A DNA stretch of 64,000 nucleotides from Bdellovibrionota bacterium (GTDB lineage: Bacteria > Bdellovibrionota_C > UBA2361 > OMII01): positions 77 to 64,076 of the forward strand of contig JBIKWQ010000007.1 in the NCBI GenBank assembly GCA_044356215.1, read 5' to 3'. Positions 1 to 9,924 of the stretch are shown piece by piece. Under the pieces are notes generated by a model. That model made no database searches. It saw only the letters and a list, made by a program, of their open reading frames with translations, and had not been told where the DNA came from. The number at the start of each line of letters is the position of its first letter. The first letter of the stretch is position 1. A program made the position numbers and the translations under genes.

Positions 1-45
1 AGGTTTTGCGCAGTAAGAAAAATGTAAACTATCCCACGTTACCTA

Positions 46-633
46 CTATATCTTGTGATGCTTTATGAAATCCTTCTCTCCGGGATCTAGATCTCTACAT
101 CCGATATAGGCCACGTTTTCCGGTCTAATCTTAGCCCCCGCTCCACCAATACCTGTGAGTCTTGAGTCTCCGTATCCAAGAAGAGCGGCGAGCGACATGC
201 CGTGAATATTTCCACTCGGTGTGGTCTCAGGAGTGTTAACATCACCGTGAGCATCTACCCACAATACACCCAACTCAGCGCTGGAGCCGTATTTGGCCTT
301 TACCGCACGCGTAGCGTATGAGATTGAACTAATCGAGATCGAGTGATCTCCTCCCAACACCAGAACTAAATCATCTGTCATCCAAGCAGACTCGACTCGC
401 GGTCCAAAACGAGCGCTAAATTCAAGAACCTGCTGGACATATCTCAAACGTGGATCGTCTCCAGGCGAAGAAGCCGGGGGCTCGCGCTCATCGCCCGCAT
501 CTTTAACAGAGACACCCATTGCGCGGAGCCTCTGTATTAAACCGGAATCTCGCAATGCTTTAGGCCCACCGGCTGGCTCGCGAATACCTGCCCCAAGCCC
601 ATATGAGCCACTTATCACTGTGCAACTCTTCAT
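46..633 (-). CDS. arginase/agmatinase-family protein, apparently C-terminally truncated (195 aa)
   Basis: The ORF has an N-terminal arginase-fold sequence with GGDHS and DAHGDxNTPxTTxSGNxHGM motifs and an RDLDPGE region. It stops (double TAG) before the C-terminal SxDxDxxDP Mn-binding motif. Arginases run about 300 aa. Confidence 0.6.
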   Translation of the reverse strand: MKSCTVISGSYGLGAGIREPAGGPKALRDSGLIQRLRAMGVSVKDAGDEREPPASSPGDDPRLRYVQQVLEFSARFGPRVESAWMTDDLVLVLGGDHSISISSISYATRAVKAKYGSSAELGVLWVDAHGDVNTPETTPSGNIHGMSLAALLGYGDSRLTGIGGAGAKIRPENVAYIGCRDLDPGEKDFIKHHKI

Positions 634-678
634 GCCGATATTCTATCGCTTTTTGAGCTACCTTGGGCAGAGGTTTTT

Positions 679-1983
679 CTAAGCACCGATCCGCTCAAGC
701 CCTTGGCGCGCTATCGCCATGGTTTGAACGCTCTCTATCGGCCGCGAACCGGTCGCTAAACCAGTCGGCCCCTCTACCGTCGCGCCGTTATCATCAACAC
801 AAGCTGGCACACTCGGGAATGCCTCCCTTGCACATGCAACTATTGAGAAGAGCACCGGATCTGTGTTTCGTATCTGCTCAGCCGTCTCAAGCGATACCTT
901 CCGCGCCTGAGCCCTCAACGAGAGTATATCTGTTAGCCCAAGACGATAAAGCTTCTCTAGGCCCAACACCTGGTAGACATCCAGCACAGTGCGATCACTG
1001 TCCTTCACTAATTTCTCTAACGCTAAATTAATCGCCCCCTTAATCTTCTCGCACAACTCAAGAACCTGCTCCTGATCGGCAAAATCAATTCCGAAGCGGA
1101 CGACAGCGGCGTTTAATAGATACGTGAATTCCATCTCGATCGTCTCATGATCACTAATCCTGCGCAGCAGCTCGGCGAAGAGCCGCGAGGAACGAGCCTC
1201 ATAAAGAAGCGGCTCTACTGGCCTAACATCCTCTATTACTCCGCGCTGACCGCGCTCATGAAGATCTTTTAAAGCATCGGCGAACGCGTATGGCGCGTGC
1301 AAAGACGCCGCAATCTCAGGCTCAGGCACACCCTCAGCTGCCAGCCTCTTAACACGCTCCTGGTACGACTCCTCCTCAAGCATGGAGGTCGTCGCTACTG
1401 AAGGAGATGCGAGGAGCTGATAAAAGAGCTCGGTATTAGTCTCGAAGATCATCGCAAGTAGCCGCGCTAATAAGAAATGGTGATCGCTGTTCTCTGTTTT
1501 TATACCGATCCAGGTGTAGCCTTTATCAGGGGTATGAAAACCTGGGCCTGGCGACTGCTCTGTAGGATCCTCAAAAACCTTATGCTCAACGTACTTTGCG
1601 ATTAACAGCGCGACCAATTTAAGATCGATAAACTTTAAGATCTTCTGCAGCACCTCGAGGGTGTCTCCCTCATCAGTTAAGGCGAGCCACTCCCACAACG
1701 CGTCCTCATTTAGGGTATCGCCATGCCAGAGATCTAGATCGGTTAACAAACGGCACTGCTCAAGTGACGCCATCGATATCAGATCGACACACGATGGTAG
1801 TCCCATTTGCTTCATCACCATAAACAGGCTCTGCACCGGCAGCTGGCGAACCATCTGCTCTGGGGCATGAGCCTCGAATATCGCTTTATACAGCTCCCGG
1901 CAGGTGTGCCCACGAAAAGGCGCCACTACCGGAGTGTTCTCGGACTTTGTCATCGTTCTTTCCAAAAAACCGCCAATGCACAA
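679..1983 (-). CDS. hypothetical protein (434 aa, alpha-helical, no recognisable motifs)
   Basis: A long ORF lying between infC (40 bp upstream) and the arginase-like gene (45 bp downstream) on the same strand. Function unknown. Confidence 0.5.
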   Translation of the reverse strand: MCIGGFLERTMTKSENTPVVAPFRGHTCRELYKAIFEAHAPEQMVRQLPVQSLFMVMKQMGLPSCVDLISMASLEQCRLLTDLDLWHGDTLNEDALWEWLALTDEGDTLEVLQKILKFIDLKLVALLIAKYVEHKVFEDPTEQSPGPGFHTPDKGYTWIGIKTENSDHHFLLARLLAMIFETNTELFYQLLASPSVATTSMLEEESYQERVKRLAAEGVPEPEIAASLHAPYAFADALKDLHERGQRGVIEDVRPVEPLLYEARSSRLFAELLRRISDHETIEMEFTYLLNAAVVRFGIDFADQEQVLELCEKIKGAINLALEKLVKDSDRTVLDVYQVLGLEKLYRLGLTDILSLRAQARKVSLETAEQIRNTDPVLFSIVACAREAFPSVPACVDDNGATVEGPTGLATGSRPIESVQTMAIARQGLERIGA

Positions 1984-2023
1984 GGTGGCTCGACGATCAT
2001 AAACAGCTCAGTTTCTTACACGA

Positions 2024-2632
2024 CTAAGCGCTCTTTGCCGTAGCAGCGGCCGCGGCAGCACCGCCCTTAGCCGGAGCGAGAGTCATGTGGATCTGCCGCC
2101 CCCCCATACTCGATTCCTCGTCGACTATGGCCACATCTTCCAGTGCCTGCTTGATCTGAGCTAGCTTCTCCTTACCGAGATCGATGTACATCGCCTCACG
2201 GCCCTTAAAGCGCATAACGAACTTGACCTTATCTCCCTCTCCAAGAAACTCACGCGCTTGCCTGAGTTTTATGTCGAGATCACCTGTATCTGTACGGTAG
2301 CGGAGTCGCAACTCCTTAATACTCGTCTCTGAGCGATTCTTTTTCGCCTCAGCTTCTTTCTTCTGTTCTTTATACTTGAACTTGCCGTAATCAAGGATCT
2401 TACAAACTGGTGGCTTCGCTTGGCCAGCGACTTCAACTAGGTCTAGCTCAAACTCCTGAGCCTTAGCGAGGGCAACACCGATCGGCAGCACTCCTAGCTG
2501 CTCTCCAGTTGGAGATATAACTCTTACCTCCTTAGCCTGTATGAATTCATTGATGCGATGCGCGTCTGGTTGGACTAGCGGGCGCTTTCCGCGCATTCCG
2601 CCGCGGGGTGGGGGCTTACCAAAGGGTTTCAA
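2024..2632 (-). CDS. infC: translation initiation factor IF-3
   Basis: Conserved IF-3 core (INEFIQAKEVRVISPTGEQLGV...KPPVCKILDYGKFKYKEQKK). The true start is probably an internal or non-ATG codon, as is usual for infC. There is an Ala/Lys-rich C-terminal tail. Confidence 0.85.
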   Translation of the reverse strand: MKPFGKPPPRGGMRGKRPLVQPDAHRINEFIQAKEVRVISPTGEQLGVLPIGVALAKAQEFELDLVEVAGQAKPPVCKILDYGKFKYKEQKKEAEAKKNRSETSIKELRLRYRTDTGDLDIKLRQAREFLGEGDKVKFVMRFKGREAMYIDLGKEKLAQIKQALEDVAIVDEESSMGGRQIHMTLAPAKGGAAAAAATAKSA

Positions 2633-2774
2633 AAAAAAGATCCTCCTACTGAAGTTTTTAATCTACTACGACTTATCTTACGTTTTGCCCCTTCTTTTAG
2701 AACGGGGCCTTCAAACATCAGACTTAACACAAATAGGTTAACCATTTAAGCTCTTTAAATCAAGGTAAACGAGC

Positions 2775-3461
2775 TTAAGGCTTCTTCTTAGCCGCCTTAC
2801 CCTTATCACCGGCGGCTTCAGCTGGTTTCTTATCACCCCCCGCCTTATCACCAGCCGGCTCCCCCTTAGCGCCCGCCACTGGCTTGGCATCCCCACCGCC
2901 GTCCGGCGCGGCTGCCGCCTGAGCAGCCGACAGGTCACGGCACACAGGCTCTCCAGACTCGATAGCCGCACACCGCCCCTGCTGCACCCGGCACTCGTCA
3001 ATCAGGGCCTCCTCTACCTTGCCCCGGGCGGAAAAACTCAATGAATTTAGGGTTGAGGCCTTAATCGACATCTTGGTAGACACACAGTCCCCAAAGCTCT
3101 CGTGGTCATGCTTACAGCGCTCATGCGCGCGCGCCTTTTGGCGGTTGACCTCGATCAGAAGACCCGCCCGCGCTAACTGCTCATCACTGCCACGCCTCTC
3201 TATTGAGGCGAACCGCACCAAGCTCTCGGTCGGTGGCGATCTCTTGGCGTCTACCTTTTCAGTGTCTTTAACCTCTCCCTGACTGCCCCCTCCAGAGCTC
3301 TCCTTAGCTGAAGAACTATCAGATGGCGAAGCTCCCCCTTCCTTAATCCACCGATACGACACGTCCGCGGAACAAACAACCTCAGCGTGAACCGGAGCGC
3401 TCTGAGCATATCCAACAAATGCCGCAAAAAAAGTTATAAGTGAGGGAATTTTTCGATTCAT
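2775..3461 (-). CDS. secreted hypothetical protein with Cys residues and a Lys/Ala/Gly-rich polycationic C-terminal tail
   Basis: N-terminal signal peptide (MNRKIPSLITFFAAFVGYAQSA), several Cys, and a tail of the form GDKGKAAKKKP. Confidence 0.5.
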   Translation of the reverse strand: MNRKIPSLITFFAAFVGYAQSAPVHAEVVCSADVSYRWIKEGGASPSDSSSAKESSGGGSQGEVKDTEKVDAKRSPPTESLVRFASIERRGSDEQLARAGLLIEVNRQKARAHERCKHDHESFGDCVSTKMSIKASTLNSLSFSARGKVEEALIDECRVQQGRCAAIESGEPVCRDLSAAQAAAAPDGGGDAKPVAGAKGEPAGDKAGGDKKPAEAAGDKGKAAKKKP

Positions 3462-3607
3462 GATCTGAATTATATAGGCGCTTGTTTCGTCTTACTGTAA
3501 CGACCCAATCACCACGTTGCAAGGTTAATCGTTGACTCAAAGATAACGAGGTCAGGGGGTTAGTAAAGGGTTCTTGGGAGACACTTAGTTTTTGAGAGGG
3601 GTGCGAA

Positions 3608-3958
3608 ATGGACGAGGTTAGCTGTGGTTTTTTGGGTGAGTTAGATCAGGATTTTTCGCAGATATTTGGGGCGCCAAATATGACCGGCACTCCGGAGCGG
3701 CGTCTCCTTCTGGCGATTCTAGAGCGCGCGATCCTGGACTATGTTGGCAATAATCCGCGCGAGGTGCAGGAAGCGGAGGAATGGCTGTTCGAGCCACACT
3801 CCAACGGCTCCCGCTCACAGTTTTCTTTTGGCTGGTTGTGTGAACAGCTAGATCTCGACCCCACAAAGGTTTCTAAACGCGTTAAATCGATGCCTAGGCG
3901 TGGAAATCGCAAGATAGCTCCGTGGTACTTCGCCAAGGAGGAGCTGGCAGTAGCGTAA
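3608..3958 (+). CDS. hypothetical protein (116 aa)
   Basis: ORF only, with no recognisable domain. Confidence 0.35.
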   Translation: MDEVSCGFLGELDQDFSQIFGAPNMTGTPERRLLLAILERAILDYVGNNPREVQEAEEWLFEPHSNGSRSQFSFGWLCEQLDLDPTKVSKRVKSMPRRGNRKIAPWYFAKEELAVA

Positions 3959-3988
3959 GGGAAGTTTGGCCGCTTTTCGCTCGAGTTC

Positions 3989-4630
3989 CTAATGAAAGTA
4001 ACGGGCGCCGATTCTAGGTGAGTAGGCGCCAATTGAGCGAGAGGCGGTGTAGTCGTTAAGCTTCCACATCTCACCCATCAGGAGCCTGGACGCGAAATTG
4101 CCAACCTCACCTTTGTCTTGGCCTCGCCGCTGTCCGATCTCACGTGAGACAAAAGTAGCGAAGCTAAAGCGGCGGATCGCTTTTGTACGTGGTAAGAAAT
4201 AAAGCGTGCTCGCTATTCCCGCTAAAAAAGTGATCGCCAGCAACGCCGGCATAAAAGCCGTTGTTAAATCCCCGAGCCAAACGGCGATAGCTCCGCAAAG
4301 AGCTAAAGCTAGCACCGCGAGGATGGCCCTGCCACCCCAACAGGTTTTGGGCTTCTTTATAAATAGGCTCTCATCACTCACTCCTAGATCAAGGAGGTCA
4401 TCGAGATAAGTCTCAAGCACCTCTACCGGAACGAAAGCGACGGCGGCAGCGAAATTGCGTAGACTACGTTGGCTTGGTATTAGAGGGGCGCACGCGCCGG
4501 CCTCGTAGGAAAGAAGGCCTCGACCAATCATGCGATATTGTTCGAGCAAACGGTTGCAACCACCAAAAGGATGGTCGTGCGAAGAGCTTTTAACGGACTT
4601 AGCGAGCTTCATGAGACGATCAGACCACAT
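3989..4630 (-). CDS. hypothetical membrane protein (two predicted TM helices)
   Basis: Hydrophobic stretches ILAVLALALCGAIAVWL and LLAITFLAGIASTLYFL. Confidence 0.4.
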   Translation of the reverse strand: MWSDRLMKLAKSVKSSSHDHPFGGCNRLLEQYRMIGRGLLSYEAGACAPLIPSQRSLRNFAAAVAFVPVEVLETYLDDLLDLGVSDESLFIKKPKTCWGGRAILAVLALALCGAIAVWLGDLTTAFMPALLAITFLAGIASTLYFLPRTKAIRRFSFATFVSREIGQRRGQDKGEVGNFASRLLMGEMWKLNDYTASRSIGAYSPRIGARYFH

Positions 4631-4865
4631 AGCTCGTCCCCAGACAACTGGCCGCGTCAGCTAGCCTACCGTCTTCCACCGTTTTTCACTGGCACTGGCA
4701 CCGGCTTAAGACCTAAAAGTGCCGCTATTAAGGCTTCAAATATATTAAAGATATTCGTCATGCGCGGACGGCTCCTTAAAACCCTCTTACGATCATTATA
4801 CTAATATAGATGATCGGCGCGCCGTAAAAATTCCTTAAATCTCTGTAAAAAATCAGCCCTGTCAG

Positions 4866-4891
4866 ATAACCACCTGAAAATAGGTGGTTAT
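4866..4891 (-). terminator. stem-loop immediately after the fumC stop (8-bp stem AACCACCT/AGGTGGTT), with a T-run about 17 nt downstream on the minus strand
   Basis: Inverted repeat read directly from the sequence. The U-tract is not adjacent to the stem, so terminator function is uncertain. Confidence 0.3.
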
Positions 4892-4892
4892 A

Positions 4893-6284
4893 CTATAAGC
4901 CTGGGCGAGTCATCGACATAAGATCTAGCAATCTCTCTAGCTCAGCCTCCGGAAGGAGCTTCATCTCGCGGGCCACCTGCCGAACGGTCTTATCCTCCTT
5001 CATGGCGCGTTTGGCTAACTCCGCGGCCTTGTCGTAACCGATCTTTGGAGCTAACGATGTAACTGTCGCCAGACTCTTCTCCGCTAGGTCTAGACAACGC
5101 TCCTCATTTGCTGTGATTCCAGATACGCATTTACGGTTAAAGTTTCTCCCCGTATTAGCCAACAGCTCGATCGCTTCCAGTAAGTTGTACGCTAATGCCG
5201 GCATCATGACGTTAAGCTCAAAGTTTCCGTGCTGTCCACATACGGCGATGGTTGTATCGTTCCCCATCACATGAGCGCACGCCATCATCACTGATTCACA
5301 TATCACCGGATTAACCTTTGCTGGCATGATACTTGAGCCAGGTTGAATCTCTGGAAGATAGATCTCTCCCACTGCACAGCGCGGTCCCGAAGAGAGCCAA
5401 CGCACATCATTAGCGATCTTCATCAAAGAAACAGCGACCGTCCGTAATTGGCCACTAACTTCAACCGCGACATCCTGCGTGGCTTGCGCCTCAAAGTGAT
5501 TCTCCGCCTCGTAGAAATTATGCCCAGTAGCGGAGGAGATGTGCTTAATCGCAGTAGCGGCGAACTCAGGATGAGTGTTAAGACCCGTACCTACAGCTGT
5601 GCCACCCAAGGCCAATCCAAGCAATCCCTTGGCCGCGCCACGAATACGCTCTATTCCATGCTTAATCTGTGATGCGTAACCACCGAACTCTTGTCCTAAC
5701 GTGATCGGCGTCGCATCTTGCAAGTGCGTACGTCCAGTCTTAAGGACATTAGCGAACTCCTTGCTCTTGGCCGCCAAGGTATCGTGCAACTCTTGTAGCG
5801 CGGGTATGAGAGCTTCGGCGATTCCTTGATATGCTGAGATGTGAATCGCTGTTGGAATCACATCATTTGATGATTGGCAGTTATTTACGTGGTCGTTTGG
5901 ATGAATAAATCCGCGCTCCCCTTTCCCCTTCCCTAAAATCTCGAGTGCTCGATTAGCTATCACCTCGTTAGCATTCATATTTGTCGATGTGCCAGATCCT
6001 GTCTGAAACACATCCACGACGAAATGCTTAAAGAGCGCGCCATCAACAACCTCTTGCGCGGCCTTAACGATCGCCTCACCACGCTCAGCGTCTAAGAGAC
6101 CGATCGCCATATTAGCTTTAGCCGCCGACTGTTTGATCGTACCTACCGCGCTGATGAAACTTTGTGGCAGACGGAGTGGCGACACCTCAAAATTTAGCAC
6201 TGCTCGCTGCGTTGACGCGCCCCAAAGAGCGTCCGCTGGAACCTCCATCTCTCCCATTGAGTCACGTTCAATTCTAGTTGCCAT
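4893..6284 (-). CDS. fumC: class II fumarate hydratase
   Basis: Full-length FumC/aspartase-family similarity, including the GSSxMPxKxN signature (GSSIMPAKVNP). Start trimmed to MATRIERDSMGEM, which has a GAGGG Shine-Dalgarno upstream. Confidence 0.9.
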   Translation of the reverse strand: MATRIERDSMGEMEVPADALWGASTQRAVLNFEVSPLRLPQSFISAVGTIKQSAAKANMAIGLLDAERGEAIVKAAQEVVDGALFKHFVVDVFQTGSGTSTNMNANEVIANRALEILGKGKGERGFIHPNDHVNNCQSSNDVIPTAIHISAYQGIAEALIPALQELHDTLAAKSKEFANVLKTGRTHLQDATPITLGQEFGGYASQIKHGIERIRGAAKGLLGLALGGTAVGTGLNTHPEFAATAIKHISSATGHNFYEAENHFEAQATQDVAVEVSGQLRTVAVSLMKIANDVRWLSSGPRCAVGEIYLPEIQPGSSIMPAKVNPVICESVMMACAHVMGNDTTIAVCGQHGNFELNVMMPALAYNLLEAIELLANTGRNFNRKCVSGITANEERCLDLAEKSLATVTSLAPKIGYDKAAELAKRAMKEDKTVRQVAREMKLLPEAELERLLDLMSMTRPGL

Positions 6285-6418
6285 AACTAAGTCCCTCTTT
6301 AAATTCCTTGTATGGCGAGGAGGATACCCCACCTCGTGAAGCGAAGAAAGTAGCGCCATTGCCCTCTGTTTTAAAGGCTACTATACTCTCGCTCGGCTCT
6401 TAAATTTAAGGATAAAAA

Positions 6419-6925
6419 ATGATTACAGCTCGCGTCTCCACTTTAGCGATTATTGCCACCTCCATCCTCGCTCTTGGCAGCCCTGCCCAAGCCGAAGTCA
6501 GGATCGCTACTGTCGACGTGGCGAGAATCATCAATGAAGCTCCGGACGCTAAGGCTAAAAAGAAAGAACTAGACGCCGCGTCAGAGGCCGCTAAGGGTAA
6601 GCTTGAATCACGGGGCAAAGAGCTACAGGCGCTAAAGACCAAGCTTGAAGAGCAGAAAGTGTCAGCGGAGTCCAAGGAGGCTGAAAGTTTCCGTGAGAAG
6701 GCACGCGATTTTGAGCGTATGCGCGCGGACCTAAAGGCTGACCTCGACAAGAAATACATGAAGGTTAATAAGGAGCTCTCTGAAAAAGTAATGGGCAAGA
6801 TAGAGGCCTATGCCAAGTCGAACAACTACGACCTAGTAATCGATAAAAGTGAGAAGTATCGCGGTCCAGTTTTATTCGGCAAATCATCTGCTGATATTAC
6901 AGACGAGATCCTAGGGACTCTGTAA
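6419..6925 (+). CDS. skp: periplasmic chaperone Skp/OmpH family
   Basis: Signal peptide followed by a long coiled-coil, Lys/Glu-rich sequence typical of OmpH. Confidence 0.65.
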   Translation: MITARVSTLAIIATSILALGSPAQAEVRIATVDVARIINEAPDAKAKKKELDAASEAAKGKLESRGKELQALKTKLEEQKVSAESKEAESFREKARDFERMRADLKADLDKKYMKVNKELSEKVMGKIEAYAKSNNYDLVIDKSEKYRGPVLFGKSSADITDEILGTL

Positions 6926-7071
6926 TCACTAGTTCGCTAGTAAAAACTCGTACGGTAAATACTCACCGGATTTTTTGAATCGTGGTACCTACTCAGCAAA
7001 GTTAGGCAACCTCTTCTTTAGATAGCTCCCTTTTCTGAAGCAAATTAGCGCCAGGTCCGACTTGTCTTATC

Positions 7072-7437
7072 ATGGGACAGGTAAGGTTGCCGCTGTTGAA
7101 CATCGCCGCGATTTTTACAGGGATAATCTGCTTTGTGGCACCCGCCATCTCAGCCGCGCAGAATTCAGATCCCTCCGCTGGCTACAAGGTTTATCTTATG
7201 AGTGGCGCCAGAATGTCGCGGGCGACCAGCATTGGAAACGATCTCCAGGAATTTAAGCAGCGCCCACGCCAAGATTACAAACTGGCTAAGAAGCCCATAG
7301 CGCCAAATCTGGAAGATATCGGCCTGGACTTAAAAGGCTCGAACTTCTCAAAACGCAACGAACTGGACTCTTTCAATATCCAACCTTGGGCGCCAGGCCG
7401 CGGGGCTGTAGGGGTTAAGGTTGAGGTGACTTGGTAG
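7072..7437 (+). CDS. small secreted hypothetical protein
   Basis: ORF with an N-terminal signal-like hydrophobic segment. Confidence 0.3.
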   Translation: MGQVRLPLLNIAAIFTGIICFVAPAISAAQNSDPSAGYKVYLMSGARMSRATSIGNDLQEFKQRPRQDYKLAKKPIAPNLEDIGLDLKGSNFSKRNELDSFNIQPWAPGRGAVGVKVEVTW

Positions 7438-7439
7438 GA

Positions 7440-7599
7440 TAGGGCGTCGCAGTGTTTTTGGTAAGTTGCTGAGACAATGAGTAAAATATTTTTACCACAG
7501 AGGACGCAGAGGACACACAGAAAACCCCATAATTGCCCATAAAATCGCCGTTCTCTGTGTCCTCTGCGCTCTGTGGTGATAAAGAACTGAAACGCCCTA
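7440..7599. repeat. MITE-like palindromic repeat, family A, copy A1 (160 bp)
   Basis: Terminal inverted repeats tAGGGCGTCGCAGTG...ACTGaaACGCCCTa. Internal long hairpin ACCACAGAGGACGCAGAGGACACAGAGAA / TTCTCTGTGTCCTCTGCGTCCTCTGTGGT. Flanked by direct repeats TTGGTAGGA / TTGGTAAGA, which look like a 9-bp target-site duplication. The element ends 50 bp upstream of recQ. Confidence 0.8.
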
Positions 7600-7649
7600 T
7601 TGGTAAGATTCCCTAGACTTCCCCCCTGTTTTTAGCGAGTATACCTGGC

Positions 7650-9503
7650 GTGAGTCACGCCTATAATCTCCAAAAACCAGACCTCGAAGCGGCGCTTAAA
7701 CAACACTTTGGATTTTCCGCTTTTCGCCCCCTGCAAAAGGAGATCATCAGTGAAACTCTCAGCGGCGGTGATGTTTTGGCCATACTGCCGACCGGTGGCG
7801 GCAAATCGATCTGTTACCAGCTTCCCGCTCTGATAAGAGAGGGACTGACACTTGTTATCTCCCCGTTAATCGCCTTAATGAAGGACCAAGTTGATGGACT
7901 AGTTGAGAACGGAATCGGAGCGGCTTATCTCAACTCTAGCCTCGATGAGGAATCAGCGCGTGAAACTTGGCGCAGGATCTATCGCGGCGATATCAAGATC
8001 CTCTACCTATCACCCGAGCGACTCTTACTCGACGGCATGATAGAGAAGCTGGTGAGTTTAAACCTCTCATTCGTCGCCGTGGATGAGGCTCATTGCATAT
8101 CGTCTTGGGGGCACGATTTTAGGCCGGAATACCGGGCACTCAGAAAAATTCGCGCTAGTTATCCAACGATACCGATCCTAGCTCTCACCGCTTCCGCGAC
8201 TGAAAGAGTCCGCTACGACATCGTCGAGATGTTAGGAATATCTGAGGCTAAATCATTCATCGCCAGCTTTAATCGACCTAATTTATCATATCGAGTCATA
8301 CCGAGGATTAATCCCCTCAAACAGATCCGCGAGATACTAGACGATCACGGGGATGAGACGGGGATCATCTACTGCCTAAGTCGTGACCGCACAGAGAGCG
8401 TAGCCAAGGAGCTAAAGGAACACGGCATCAAGGCCGCCGCTTATCACGCTGGCTTAACCGCAAAAGAACGAGAGAAGAGACAGGACCAATTCGCGCGCGA
8501 TCAGGTGCGTGTTATGGTGGCAACCGTAGCGTTCGGCATGGGCGTTGATAAGCCTGATGTTAGGTTTGTCATTCATCACGATCTACCGAAAAATATCGAG
8601 AGCTACTATCAAGAGACTGGCAGAGCTGGAAGAGATGGACTGCCAAGCGAATGCATCCTTCTATACAGTTCGGCTGATTCAGCGAAGCTATGGAACTTTA
8701 TCGACCAAACCTCTGATCCGATCGAACGCGAGGTAGCCGGGCAGCAGCTCTCTCAGCTCCTGCGGCTCGCTGAAAGCTCCGAGTGCAGGCGCGTATCCTT
8801 GCTACGCTATTTTGGTGAGATATATTCGGATTCTGACGGGGTAGCGACTAGTTACTGCGGCTCTTGTGACAACTGCCTAACCCCGCGCGCCGAAGTTGAC
8901 GCCACAGAGATAGCTCAGAAACTTCTCTCATGCATCGCTAGGATCAATAAGCACAGCGGATTCTCGGTTGGTTTGGCTCATTTGGTTGACGTGATAACAG
9001 GAGCTAACAACGACAAGGTTCGCAAATGGGGCCACGACAAGCTATCAACTTACGGCATTGGCAAGGGTCGGCCTAAACCCGAATGGATCTACTACGGCCG
9101 CGAATTAATCTCCGCTGGACTGCTGAGAATTAACACTGAGCGCTTTAATGTTGTTGAGATAACACAGGAAGGTGCACTCACGTTAAAAGAGAAGCGCCCA
9201 GTGAAACTGAAAGCTCCGCTGGTGACCTCTAAGCTAAGTAGCGAGAAGAAGGAGCAGCAGCGCAAACAACTAGGTGCTATCGACTATGATCTAGGCGTAT
9301 TTGAGAAGCTAAGAGCGTGGCGCATGGGTGTAGCAAGAGAGAAGGGTCTACCGGCGTACATGATTTTTAGCGACGCGACGTTACAAAACATCGCCGCGCG
9401 CAAGCCACATACACTCTCCGGGCTACGGAATATCAGCGGAGTTGGCGAAAAGAAGCTCTCGCTATACGGAGAGGAGCTTCTTGAGGTCTTGGTTGAGAGT
9501 TAG
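7650..9503 (+). CDS. recQ: ATP-dependent DNA helicase RecQ
   Basis: DEAH helicase motifs, the RecQ zinc-binding CxxC...CDNC region, and RQC and HRDC domains. 617 aa. Confidence 0.9.
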   Translation: MSHAYNLQKPDLEAALKQHFGFSAFRPLQKEIISETLSGGDVLAILPTGGGKSICYQLPALIREGLTLVISPLIALMKDQVDGLVENGIGAAYLNSSLDEESARETWRRIYRGDIKILYLSPERLLLDGMIEKLVSLNLSFVAVDEAHCISSWGHDFRPEYRALRKIRASYPTIPILALTASATERVRYDIVEMLGISEAKSFIASFNRPNLSYRVIPRINPLKQIREILDDHGDETGIIYCLSRDRTESVAKELKEHGIKAAAYHAGLTAKEREKRQDQFARDQVRVMVATVAFGMGVDKPDVRFVIHHDLPKNIESYYQETGRAGRDGLPSECILLYSSADSAKLWNFIDQTSDPIEREVAGQQLSQLLRLAESSECRRVSLLRYFGEIYSDSDGVATSYCGSCDNCLTPRAEVDATEIAQKLLSCIARINKHSGFSVGLAHLVDVITGANNDKVRKWGHDKLSTYGIGKGRPKPEWIYYGRELISAGLLRINTERFNVVEITQEGALTLKEKRPVKLKAPLVTSKLSSEKKEQQRKQLGAIDYDLGVFEKLRAWRMGVAREKGLPAYMIFSDATLQNIAARKPHTLSGLRNISGVGEKKLSLYGEELLEVLVES

Positions 9504-9521
9504 AGGTTTTTCCTCTTCTGC

Positions 9522-9914
9522 TTAACTAATCAAAACAGTCTTTAGCATCTCAGCCGTAGCGGCATCCCTTAGTTGCGCTTTTCCGAAACCAGGAGCCGCA
9601 CCCTGTTGAACCGCCTGTTCCTGGTATTCGGGATAATTAGAAACTAACATCACCACCATCTTTGGATTTAAAAATCCAGGCGCCTTGGTCATCTCAACTA
9701 ACTCTTTGATGCAATCGATTCCATTTCCACCATCAGCGTCGAAGATCCGATTAACTAATACAAGAGCAACCTGCCTCTCTCTAACAAGGCGCTTCACCTC
9801 TACCGCCGTATGCGCCCTAATAACGGAGAAGCCCAACGACTCTACTAAACGTTTAATCGACCCGTGATCAGGGTCACACTGTCCTAAATCAACTACTAAT
9901 TTTTCAGCATTCAT
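9522..9914 (-). CDS. CheY-like receiver-domain protein with Asn at the predicted phospho-acceptor position (atypical or pseudo-receiver)
   Basis: Receiver-like layout with a conserved Ser and Lys, but the segment LVLVNRIFDADGG places N where the phospho-accepting Asp is expected. Confidence 0.4.
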   Translation of the reverse strand: MNAEKLVVDLGQCDPDHGSIKRLVESLGFSVIRAHTAVEVKRLVRERQVALVLVNRIFDADGGNGIDCIKELVEMTKAPGFLNPKMVVMLVSNYPEYQEQAVQQGAAPGFGKAQLRDAATAEMLKTVLIS

Positions 9915-9924
9915 CGCTTATATC

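Noticed and set aside
2633-2774. GCCCC-N12-GGGGC hairpin upstream of infC, as a possible terminator.
   Set aside because: No U-tract on either strand. It is more likely part of the infC leader or autoregulatory region, or of no significance.
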